A stretch of 64,000 nt of DNA. Origin: Octopus bimaculoides. Lineage: Eukaryota. Under the pieces are notes generated by a model. That model saw only the letters and a list, made by a program, of their open reading frames with translations. It did no database searches and was not told where the DNA came from. Where the stretch lies: contig NC_068987.1 in the NCBI RefSeq assembly GCF_001194135.2, positions 96,410,715-96,474,714 on the forward strand, written 5' to 3'. The translations under genes were made by a program, and so were the position numbers. Below, one piece after another: positions 39,915 through 52,069 of this stretch; position 1 is the first letter of the stretch; each line of letters opens with the position of its first letter.

Positions 39915-40885
39915 TATGCATTACTGACCATGATATCGACTAATATTCCCCACTTTGAAACCCCAGATATATTTAGCTAGTGAGATGCTTAGTACTTTTC
40001 TGTTAGTATTAAGGGAATGTACATGATAATGTATTCTAAATTTAAATTTGGATGCAATAGCACCTATACAGTAATGTATTTTATCTGGCATTATAACTAA
40101 ACATTTATATATCAAATCTTAAGACATTGGTTATTTAAAGGGCACTTTGTAAGATCACTAGAGTTACACATGCTGTTTGGGATATTATCAAAAGAATCAT
40201 TATTTATTGTATCAGCATTATTACTACTAAGCATAACTGTCATAGTGTTATCTATACTAGATTGAGATATAATATTAACAGAGGATATAGGATTGTAATT
40301 TTTACCATACAAGCAAAGGCACATTGCCTATTACTAATACTATTTAATTATATACTGTTAATTGCTGCTATATTATCAGCTAGATTATGTGTGGTGGAGT
40401 ACACAAGTTTCACTGTATATCAAAGATTTTACTATATGCATTAGCATGGGAAGAAAACTTCTCCAATGCTCCAAAGAAAATTGCAAGTATATCCAAGGTT
40501 ACATGAATTCTGAAAGGGGAGTTGAACCACATAACATTTCTCTGACATAACCCGTTTTGACATGTTTTATTACTATTGAGTATAGTCCTTACACATTTTT
40601 GTATAGCTGTTGTCTTGGATTTTAAAGTCTTTTTAGTATATATGATGCTTGCTAAAGCTGGAATGTAGTAGTCTGTGTTTTGAGAGAAAATCTCCTCAGC
40701 AGAAAGTCTGGATATTCTAGATGAAGTTGTTTTAATAGTGGATTTAATTATTGCTCTAATGTGGTCTGAATTTTTGTTAACATATTGTAGATTCTTGTTG
40801 GGTTTATGATACAGACAATATAGCTCTATATTAAGTTCAAATGTTATATTCAGAAAATTAGCTACCTCACAATTATTTCCAAATA
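39915..40885 (-). mobile_element. Penelope-like element relic (RT C-terminus, linker, GIY-YIG endonuclease)
   Basis: Decayed translations ANFLNITFELN..YHKPNKNLQYVNKNSDH (PLE RT thumb), VMWFNSPF, CPLNNQCL, IYKC..YCIG..FKFR..H..SLAKYIW. Contains stops and frameshifts. Confidence 0.8.
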
Positions 40886-42765
40886 TTATAGACAGTCCTA
40901 TACTTTTGGAGACATTTCTAAGCGTTCTTTTTTATTGGTTCCTCTCGAGTTGCTACAGTTGTAGAAAGTAAGAAGAATGTCAACTCTGTATAGACTCTCT
41001 GGTTTTCCAGGAATAGTTAATGGAGGGAAAGAAAGATAGACAGATACATAAACAGACATAGATACATATATGCTTAACATGTTACAAATAGCAGCTAAAT
41101 TACTCTCAAACATCCTACCATTTTAAAAAGAAGGAAGATACACTGGATATTGTAGTCTAGAGCACACTATGACTGAAAAAGATAGGATGGTCAAGGCTGG
41201 AAGACCTTTGATCATATATCTACTCAATCAGAGTGAACTTAGGGAAAAAAACAACATTATATATGAGCAGAAATAACCTAAATAAGGTAATATTTTTTTT
41301 AATTCCCCTCATAATACAATAAATTAAATGGAAACATTTTATTGAAACAAAGTAACAAAAAAAAAATTCACTGTAACATCACAGTTAGTGACAGCAAAAT
41401 AAAGAAGTGATATGTGACCAGTCAATCTGCTAAAAATAGTAGTTGGATCTCCCTTAACCCTTTTGATGCTAACCCAACTGAAACTGACCCTGGTACTTTC
41501 ATACAAGCTTCCAATTTTAAAGTGATTTAAATTAATGTTCTCCATCAAAATTTCATTTTAATTTATGTTAAAAGTATCAACTTAACTGACAATTATTTTC
41601 ATTAAATTTTTATTTCTAAAATTATTTGAAACAAAGGTGTATTTCAACAGAAAGGGTTAAACTATACTACTGTCTTAAATAGAGAGAGAGACATTGAATG
41701 TAGTCCTAGGTACAACAAAGAACCACCTCAACTCCCTCTCCCAGAAACGGTGACAGGATCACAAGTTAAATAAAAACAAAATCCTTACTACTATGAGCCC
41801 ATGTGGGATCTGTACATTCTGGTTTAACCTGCTAAATAACATCAACATAATCCTCACCAGACACCAACTAACATTAAGAACTTCCCCACCACAAATTTCC
41901 CTACTGCCTGAAAAAGAGAACACATCAACATATTCATTAATGTGGTCTGAAATATATCCTATTTGAATAAGAATTCAAGACTGGTGACACTGACACCATT
42001 AACAAAGCACTAAACTTTGCTGCCACTGTCAACTATAAAATGGCTGTAACTCACATTAGTTCATTCAGGGATAAGTGAAGATCTAAAAATGAAGATGGCC
42101 CTAGGAACTGCAGTATTACAAAAAAACTATAAAAGGAGTCATAAGAGAATATGGTAAAAAAGAAAACAAAAAACTTCATAAAGAAAAAGAAAAAATAGAG
42201 CACAGTTTCCAAGTAATATTTCCAAGTAATACACACCCATACACACATATTCATCATCATTATTCTGTTTTCATCCCTGCTGGCATGTGTTGGATGGGTC
42301 CGAGTCAGTTTTATTCAGAGTCACTATCTTCCTACCAGGTCAGGGACCACATCTCACTCATGCATTTCATTTTGACATGATCTCAAGAGATGCCCTTCCT
42401 AATAGCAGTCACTTTACAGAGTGTATTGGGTACAGAGTGATATATTAGTGTGTGTGGCTGGATACACACACACATACCTATATAGCTTTATAGACTCAAG
42501 CCTTTACAGATGACATGGACGAGTTGGCATTAAACATACGAGTAATACACTAGATGCACCAAGGAAAGATTTTGCTCAAAATAGAATGAATGCTTCAAAC
42601 AGAAATGAATAGAAATTTCTCTCTGTGTTTCATGATACATCAGTTAGTTGGTGTCATTCAAAGCTTGCTATTATAAAACTCTGAGTAACTTGATAGCTTA
42701 ATAAGTTTTTATAAATACTCACACATTTTAATTCTATAATGCTTATATATTCAATGTATATTCAA

Positions 42766-42797
<32 letters not shown>

Positions 42798-43010
42798 GCT
42801 TATGAGCGGTAGTGGTGTCAATTAGACCCAGAGGTTTCAGGTAATGCTGAGTAAGTGCTATGGATAGACCATAGTTAAGCTCCAGGTTCGGTGATTATGC
42901 AAATAAGGGGGCCAACGTAGGTCATATATCAGTGTGTGAATATAAGGATTTATTTTTCGTGATGAGATATCTTGTATTGAGATATCTCATTACGAAAAAT
43001 AAATCCTTAT

Positions 43011-43144
43011 CGTCATCATTTAACGTCCGCTTTCCATGCTAGCATGGGTTGGACGATTTGACTGAGGACTGGTGAAACCAGATGGCTACACCAGGCTCCA
43101 GTCTGATTTGGCAGAGTTTCTACAGCTGGATGCCCTTCCTAATG
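43011..43144 (-). mobile_element. Young RTE 3' end
   Basis: catttaacgtccgctttccatgctagcatgggttggacg.., near-identical to 11645-11768. Confidence 0.9.
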
Positions 43145-43427
43145 NNNNNNNNNNNNNNNNNNNNNNNNNNNNNNNNNNNNNNNNNNNNNNNNNNNNNNNN
43201 NNNNNNNNNNNNNNNNNNNNNNNNNNNNNNNNNNNNNNNNNNNNNNNNNNNNNNNNNNNNNNNNNNNNNNNNNNNNNNNNNNNNNNNNNNNNNNNNNNNN
43301 NNNNNNNNNNNNNNNNNNNNNNNNNNNNNNNNNNNNNNNNNNNNNNNNNNNNNNNNNNNNNNNNNNNNNNNNNNNNNNNNNNNNNNNNNNNNNNNNNNNN
43401 NNNNNNNNNNNNNNNNNNNNNNNNNNN

Positions 43428-43473
<46 letters not shown>

Positions 43474-43786
43474 GACACACACATATATATGTATATATAC
43501 ATACTGCCATGAAGCCAAAAGTGAAACATACAAGTATGAGTAGTACTTTCAAATACGTGATGGCTCCAATCATGGTAGACAGACACTAAAAGCCTATTGT
43601 ATAGTGATAGTTGCAAATGCGTGTCACTGTCAAACAAGCAGTGTCATTAATTTCTGGCCATGTGGAAATGCTATCTTCTTTGGAAACAGGTGAGAGTTAG
43701 CAACAGGAAGGGCATCTGTCCATAGAAAATCTGCCTTAATAAACTGTAACCCATGCTAGCATGGTAAAGTGGATATTAAAACATCA

Positions 43787-43821
<35 letters not shown>

Positions 43822-44508
43822 CACTTGTGGTTCTCTCCTGTTATATCACAGTTTTATACTTTGCCCAGTTTGAATAATTATCATCACCACCATTGCTCTA
43901 ATCATCATAATCTTCATCACTAATTATGGTACTCACATGATCATCATCATAATCATCATTAAAACCACCACCAACACTGTAGCGTCATTACCACAACCAT
44001 CTCTTTATACCAACACACCGCCATCTTCATTATCTCTACTGCCACCATCATTTCAGCCAGCTTTATCACACTCCACTACTGGCGTGATCACCACTCTCAC
44101 ACGATAAGCTAGCATAGCAATTATCTTGTTTGAATTCAATACAATTTGAGGTTGATAAACTAAACTAATCCAAAATTAAGCGGCATGATGATCAGGATAA
44201 TTAGTCTTAAGTGGATTAAGAAAGCACCATTATTAATAATATAATTAGCTGCAACATCATCATCATCACCACCATCACTATCATTTCTACCACTATCATC
44301 AACATCACATCAAATTATCATCTGACAAAATAAATGTGTAGATCACACCTAAGTGCTATAAGTTTGCTCAGTCAGTGTTGACCTGTTCTACATAATCAGA
44401 CCTATTCCACTTGACTGTCGGCTTCATTACCATCAATACCATTTACATTGACATTACTATCATTATTATTGTGTTGTCACCAATGTCATGACTAGCATAC
44501 TCTTATAA

Positions 44509-44689
44509 CATCCACTTTTCCATATTTGCATAGGTCAGATGGAATTCACTGAAATGCAAGATTGGAAATGGAACAACACCATTTGTATGATGGTGACTCT
44601 TGTTTACAACAACCATGCAAAGTCATTTAATGGTATCTGATAGATGTTTTCTCGATACCTACTTAGATTTATTAATCCCTTTTACCTCT

Positions 44690-44730
<41 letters not shown>

Positions 44731-44860
44731 GGTTCTTTCAGTTTCCACTTGCCTAACAAGGCTTTGGTCATCCTGGGGCTATAGTAGAAAACACTTGTCC
44801 AAGCGCCAAGGTTCCATGCAGTAGGAGTAAACAAGAAACCATATGGTTGTTAAGTGAACA
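44509..44860 (-). mobile_element. SINE family A head joined to an RTE-type tail
   Basis: Head 44725-44860, (TA)n joint, tail catccacttttccatatttgcataggtcag. Confidence 0.65.
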
Positions 44861-45669
44861 AATGAGTGATATAAGTGATTTGGCAAGCATATATATTTTA
44901 TCTGTCATATAGTAAATTATAGATGCCATACAATATGAGATGTCTACCATAGAGTGAAAGATATCTTCTTTATTGTATTAACAGCTGATATCAACAGCCC
45001 TCTTCTATCATGTTTCCACCAGAAATCCACTGCTGCATATCATCTGCTCATTAAAAACTCATAGAAAGAACATTTCTCACTGACAGAAAGATAGCATTTA
45101 AGAATAACTCTCTGAAAATTGAAGGTTACAGCCTGATGGTGAAATTTCAATCAATTACCTAATCAAACAGTCAACCAACTAATAGATAAAACTAAGCCAA
45201 ACAATCAAGCCAGGTTATAAAGTTAATAGATATTTTTTTTTAATCAGATGCTTACATTCTAAAAAACAGTAAACCAAAAAAAAAGGTGAGCCAAAGCCTA
45301 TTTTTAATGGTAAGTAAACCATTATAAACAGTGATGGCATTGGAAAGTTAATTTTCAATACTTGCAAGCACGGTGTTTTACATGTAGGACACGCAAACCA
45401 ATTCTGTCTGTTGGTCTTCCTTATACACACTCACTTTCTCTTGATGCAGCAAATAAAAATTAAAAAAAGGCTATAGCTTTTATGGCAGGTTAGTGATAGT
45501 AAAAGTAGTGATGATGGTGCTAGCAGCAGCAACAATTTCCAACACGAATGCAAGAAAGTGAGATGCACATTAGATTTTGTGACAGTCATGCCTTTCTCAA
45601 GACAACTGGCAGTATAAATCAAGTGAACTGACTTCGATTAAAAATCAAGAAGCTCATTTACCAGACAGA

Positions 45670-46748
45670 CAAATTGGTACTCATGCATGAGTGATCAAGA
45701 AGTTCAAAAATAGATGCTCATTTAATCTACTTTTCTGGGCAGGACATTGCAAGATTTGTGTGAAAATAGATTTCATATATGGAGAGTAGCAAATAATATT
45801 GTCAGATAGCTTCTGTTGGACTTTGCCAGCAATCCCCCAAAAGAGCAAAAACTAATGAAACCTGTGCTTGTTTTAAATTGTCATTTTTTAGGACTAAAAT
45901 TAAAAATCTTCAAGCTGATCTCTGAAAATGTTGATTCTTATGGCTGTAAACATGAGAATCAACATTTTCAGGGATCAGCTGTTCAAGAATTTTGCCAAAA
46001 ACTTATAAGTTGGAGAAAGAATACTTCTTTTCAGTAGTAATTGCACTATGAACCAAGCTCCTGAAATGGTTACAATAGCAAATGAATTGAGATTGATACT
46101 GTTCCTCAACCAGCAGCATCATTAACTAACCTGCAAATGGATGTGTGAACAAAATGTTGGATCTACAATATCAACTGGCATCTGTTGCAGGTATTTCCAG
46201 AAAATAGTCACACCTACAAATCAACAGCCATCATTGTGGCTTATAAAGAAATAGTTCACTTTCCCCAAAGAACTTTTAAATTTATTGGAATCTTTAGTTC
46301 TACTGTCACATAGACTTCAGCTAAAAAGGGATCCTCAAAAATGCTGCTGCATAATTTGGATCAACATGGCTAAGCACTGACAGAAAAATGGTTAAGAAGC
46401 TTATGTTACATACCAAAAGACTACTAATATCATTGGGTATAACAAATGAACCAGAATTCCATTCGTATCAACATATTTACTCTTTCAATTTAATAAACTT
46501 CAGTTTATGGAGCACCTAAACTTTGTCATGCCAATCAATAAATCCTATGAGAAAACCTTGTCAATTGCTGCTGGACTACATTTTGAGAAATACTGCTTTG
46601 CTAATGGTCAATTTTATGTAGTATGCTCAAATGTAGAAAACCTTCATAATCTATTTATACTTCCTATTGATAAAGACAAAAACACTGAGTGTCCTGAGCA
46701 GCTGGCGACTGCTCAGAATTGTTAAGGCAGTGACAGGCACAGATCTAG
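45670..46748 (+). mobile_element. Helitron relic: Pif1-like helicase C-terminal region and probable 3' end
   Basis: Decayed motifs TLQDL, LPAIP, LKKGSSKMLLHNLD (cf. LKVGAPIMLLRNLD), VKKLM, LNFVMPINKSYEKTL..CFANGQFYVVCS (cf. FAMTINKSQGQTL..CFSHGQLYVACS). 8-bp hairpin 46694-46716, then CTAG|T at 46745-46749. Confidence 0.82.
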
Positions 46749-48096
46749 TGTCATATGACCTGGGGTTCACCATAACTCTTTATATCAGTTCTTTATCACT
46801 GCATATATTGTTGTTTCAATACCTGGATATATCGGTTTTCTCTGGGCAAGCGAGTTTCCACACATTATAAGAATTATTTTATACCCATGAGTTATGTACC
46901 TCATGATACTCCAGTTTGCATTCTTTTTCAAATTATCTTAAGAATTAAAGAACAGTCTCACATGAAATAAAACTATCTTCCCATTTACTTAATGCTATGT
47001 TCTTATTCTATGCTTGAATTAGATACATGCCATTTAGATTACAAGAATATATTGATACCGCATGACTATCAGTGGCACATTGGTGCATTAGAGACCAAGA
47101 GTGCTACACAAATATTGGAAAACAATTTTATTTCTTGCATGAAAGACAGTTTTTCAAGAGAAATGCAATAGTATTCTACTAAAGTGAATATGCCTTCGTT
47201 TAGAACATTTCTGGGTCATTTCTAGTTACTTTTTATCTACACATCACTGTATACACACTAGCATGCTAGTGTGTGTGTATACTAGCATACACACACACAC
47301 ACACACACACACACAAATGCATATATATGAATGCACACACATATATACACATACTTACATATGTACTTACGCCCCCACTTACAAGATGACCAATCAATAC
47401 AGAAGGTCTTTTAGTGAACGTTTCTGAGGTTGTCTGTATAGTTATGAATACTGACAACGAGAGCGGCATTTTATGAAGGAGCAGTACGTACTCACACATG
47501 AAGCAAAATAACAAGAGAGAAAAAAATAGTGTAAAAAAAAATGTTGCCAAATACGTCAGAAAGAAAAATGAAATAGAATAATTAATATGACAAATAATCA
47601 ATGAAATTAAGTAATGAAAATATCTACATTTATAGAATGTTGAAACATCAACATATACATACATATACACATGCAAGCACTGAGGATGGGCTAAGCAGAA
47701 TACAAAACATGACATTAGATTGTTGGTTTGTATTCTGGGACTTGTTATTCCTTTCTATCAATAGTAAAGATGTTTAACTTTTAATGGCTGAGCCTCACCT
47801 ATCTTTAAGTAGGTGGTACCAAAGTGCAATAACTAAACTGCATACTACAAAATGCTATAATACATTACTATACATACTACTGGGCACTACACATTACACC
47901 ATACTAATGCACACAACAAAATGATATAGTAAATAATAACAGAGCATATAACTAGTAATAGATTTTCAACATAGTATGCCACAAGATGCTTTAGTACATT
48001 GCTGTTAATAGATACCACATGGTGGTATAGTACAACACTTAATAGACACCATAAGGGGATATCATGCACCCTGTTGGCAAATACTACAAGTTGGTA

Positions 48097-48333
48097 TATT
48101 TATTTCTTTATTGCCCACAGGGGGCGCTAAACATAGAGGGGACAAACAAGGACAGACAAATGGATTAAGTCAATTACATTAACCCCAGTGCATAACTGGT
48201 ACTTATTTAATCAACCCGAAAAGGATGAAAGGCAAAGTCAACCTTGGCGCAATTTGAACTCGGAACGTTAAGGCAGGCAAAATACCGCTAAGCATTTCGC
48301 CCAGATTGCTAACAATTCTGCCAGCTCGCCACC
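48097..48333 (-). mobile_element. SINE family B, well preserved, tail type 2
   Basis: ggcgagctggcagaattgttag head, gagttcaaatt B box, tail gtccttgtttgtcccctctatgtttagc..caataaagaaataa. The same tail occurs at about 14490-14570. Confidence 0.82.
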
Positions 48334-48389
48334 CTACAAGTTGGTACATTGCACACCATTGTGACACAAAGTGGTATTATTCTCTTTAG

Positions 48390-48720
48390 GCTCTTCACTC
48401 TCTACAGAGCATAGGCCACTGACCTCACTACTCTTAACTCTAGGCTGTCTTTTTTGATTCCCTGAGGGAAGACTTCCTCACCCAGATCTTGATTGCAAAT
48501 TGTTGTTGATAATTCTGTAACTTAGCTTTTTTTCTAGGTAGGGTTATTAGCCCCATGAACATCCATTTTTACCTCTGGGAAAAGGCAGTCTGTATTAGTC
48601 TGCCCTCTATCCTTTGACCTGTCCAGCACAAGAGACTCTACCAGGAGGTTGTGCTCTGCTGGTATAACTCTTGGGGTCATTGAAACATGCAAGCCACCAC
48701 ACCACAACAAAGACTGGGTC
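48390..48720 (+). mobile_element. Possible RTE-related non-autonomous or 5' UTR-like fragment
   Basis: ctatcctttgacctgtccagcac..ggggtcattgaaacatgcaagccaccacaccac resembles, from recall only, RTE-associated leader sequences. Single copy in the window. Confidence 0.35.
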
Positions 48721-48844
48721 TTGTAGTGGACAAGGTGGGTATAGTATACCACAATAAATTCTACTTTAGGCACAAAACCACAAATGTACTCAATTTAATC
48801 AATGACTGATATTTTTATCAGCTTAAAATAATAATAATAATTAT

Positions 48845-49010
48845 GGTTTCAAACTTTGGTACAAGGCAAGCAATTTCAGGGAAGAGGGTAAGACAATTAT
48901 ATCAACCCCAGTTGACAACTCCAACCGATAAAAGGCAAAGTCAACCTGGGTAGAATTTGAACCCAGAATGTAAAGACAGATTAAATGCCACTAAGCATTT
49001 TTCCCAGCGT
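48845..49010 (-). mobile_element. SINE family B
   Basis: aaaaggcaaagtcaacctgggtagaatttgaacccagaatg block on +. Confidence 0.7.
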
Positions 49011-49255
49011 CAGTAATAATATTTATTATAGTCAATTTCACTGCTATACTATCATCATTAACATCTTTATTTCTACATGAAGAATAACAATTGAGTAAGA
49101 GTCCCTTCTGAGAGCCCTAAAAACACTGGTGAGATTGATTACACACATATATATATATATATATAATTAATTCAATAATAGGATAAAATCTTTTACAAGA
49201 ATTTTAATGTGTTTATTATGGAAGTCTAGTGTGTGGCATTATTCTGTAGTAATGC

Positions 49256-49294
<39 letters not shown>

Positions 49295-49987
49295 TAGTAA
49301 TTAACAAAAACAAAAGACACAAAAAAGAAAAAAATGGTTAGGACAAAAGAAAAAAAGATAAGGTATGTGATGAAAAGAAAAAACTAAATTTTGAGGAATT
49401 TGTTTTGGTTAGTGATTATCTAATAAGTAAAAAAAAAATCTATTTCTTCAGTAAAATAATTTACTTAGGTGAAACCATTGATGCAACTACCAAGATTGGA
49501 AGACAGTCTGAACTAGGTGATAGGCTTGATTGACTACACAAGAATTTGGTGAGGTAATGGATAGGGAAGATATTTGTTGGGAATGGGGGGTGGGGGTGGG
49601 GCATGCAAGTGGAGAGCAGGGCAAAATGGTTGTTGAGAACAACAAGGCTTAATGAAGTAGAAAGAAACAGGAGAAAAAAAAAATGTAAAACAATCAAATG
49701 AAAAAATTAAATAAAACTTAAAAATACTTTTAAAGAAATACCTATAATAAATATCAATAAAACAACAGCAGCAGCAACAACAACAACAACAGTAGCCATA
49801 AAATAAAAGCAAAATAAGAATAATATAATCTGTGTGTGTGAGTGTGTGTCAATCATATTTTAAAATATAATGCACAATATTGATAAATAACCACAATGAA
49901 TGGACATTAAATAATGAAAGCAAAATATACAATAAGGTTGAGAGAGAGTGTGTGTGTGTGTGTGTGTGTGCATGAGAGTGTATACTT

Positions 49988-50036
<49 letters not shown>

Positions 50037-50298
50037 NNNNNNNNNNNNNNNNNNNNNNNNNNNNNNNNNNNNNNNNNNNNNNNNNNNNNNNNNNNNNNNN
50101 NNNNNNNNNNNNNNNNNNNNNNNNNNNNNNNNNNNNNNNNNNGACAGACCGGTCACTGGTCAATCTTATATACACAAGTACTATAATCTTTTTAGGATCT
50201 CCCAAAAAATTTTTTCAAGAACCTTCTGATTCTTTTAATGTGCTAGTTTCCTGGTATTAAATTGATATTAATTAATATCGAATTTTTACCATATTATG

Positions 50299-50340
<42 letters not shown>

Positions 50341-50708
50341 GTACATATAGGCACGTACACATATTTCAACCATAACAAAATATAATGCACAATATCGATA
50401 ACAGCAGCAGCATCAACAACAAGTCATAAATATATAAACTTAAATGCATATATTTATAAAAACACGATAAATAAATTTAAATAAAAGTACAAAATAAATG
50501 CAAGCAACAACAACAACAGTTATGACATTCTTAAATAAAATATTATCAAATAATATATAATGTACAATACTGAATGATAGCAGCAACACAAGTAACAACA
50601 ATAATAAGTTAAAAATCTAGGTACAACTTAAAATTCTGATGAAATAAAAATGCAACAGCAACAAAAAATAAAATAAATAAATAAAACAAATATAGCAAGA
50701 ATTATGTG

Positions 50709-50710
<2 letters not shown>

Positions 50711-50798
<88 letters not shown>

Positions 50799-50809
50799 TG
50801 TGTGTGTGT
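50711..50809. repeat. (TG)n microsatellite
   Basis: Directly visible. One of dozens of TA/CA/CAT/AAT tracts in the window. Confidence 0.97.
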
Positions 50810-51239
50810 ATTATGTAGATAGATAAGTGTAAAGTTTTGATTTGTGGCCCTTAAATGTAATATGTGGAGTAATCAAGTGTGTCTGTCTCTTTGTATGACT
50901 GTTTACTCACATACACAAACAATGTATGTATGCATGTATATGCAAGTGTAATAATATATACAAATAAATCAAACAAACAATGCTAACACAACAGCTACAA
51001 CTACAACAACAGAAAAACAATTATGTAACTTTCATATATTGAAAAAAACCATAAAGATATAAATCACATGACATCAATGTGAAAATATATATGAATAAAT
51101 GAAAATTTACGAACACACACACACACACACAGATTGATAATGAGAAAGTGGGAAATAATTTAAAAGTGTTTGAGATGAGTTGCTAATAAAGATTATAATT
51201 TTCTAGCCAATTGTTAGAGATGTATAAAGCTGTGAGAGT

Positions 51240-51277
51240 GTATTTGGTAAACAGAAACTGAAAGAAGCCCATCATGT

Positions 51278-51357
<80 letters not shown>

Positions 51358-51598
51358 ATTAGTGTGTGTGTCTCCCTATTCTAACATCATGTAGTAGCTG
51401 TAAACAAGTAACAGTTATACAAGGAGTGTTGCTTGTTCTGCATCTTGCATGAAAGCATGTCTGGTCAGGGTATATGTTAGCTTGCATGGAAATAGGTGGG
51501 GGTTGGCAACAGGATAGGCATCTGGCTGTAGAAAATAAGCCTCAACAAATTTTGTCTGATCCATGCAACCATGGGAAAGTGGATATTAAAATATGATT
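51240..51598 (+). mobile_element. SINE family A body with RTE-type tail
   Basis: gaaactgaaagaagcccatc, (CATA/TG)n, then ggcatctggctgtagaaa..ccatgcaaccatggg..ggatattaaa. Confidence 0.6.
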
Positions 51599-52069
51599 TT
51601 ATCTATATATAAATGTACATGTAGACATGCATACACACTATGGCTCAAATTGATTTAATCTTTCACTGCCACCAAGAATTATTCCTAGATATGTTGGTAT
51701 ATATTTACTTAAACAGAATTTGAATTAGGAAACATTATTTTTAAACTACATTTCGTAAATGTCTTTATCCACTGAGCCACTGGTACTTTCAGTAGGCCGA
51801 ATACAAACAAACCATAGTGAAACAAGTTTAAAAGAATACTTCGTGTTGAGTGTGTAAAGCAATAGTTAAAATAAGACTAAACTAAAAAGCAAAAATGTGT
51901 AACAGGAAAGCTGAAAATTTTAATGGAAAAGGGAAATAAAATTTCATTCTTAATTTATTTTGCAAAGGTAAAAACAATTCTGAAATATAGATTCTTCACT
52001 AAAGTGAGAGTCATGTTTTACACTGGATCTTGAATTAGATAAAGCTATAAATACCAGAATGGAGAATGC

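Noticed and set aside
50264-50279. 16-bp palindrome gatattaattaatatc
   Set aside because: Almost pure A/T in low-complexity context, so expected by chance.
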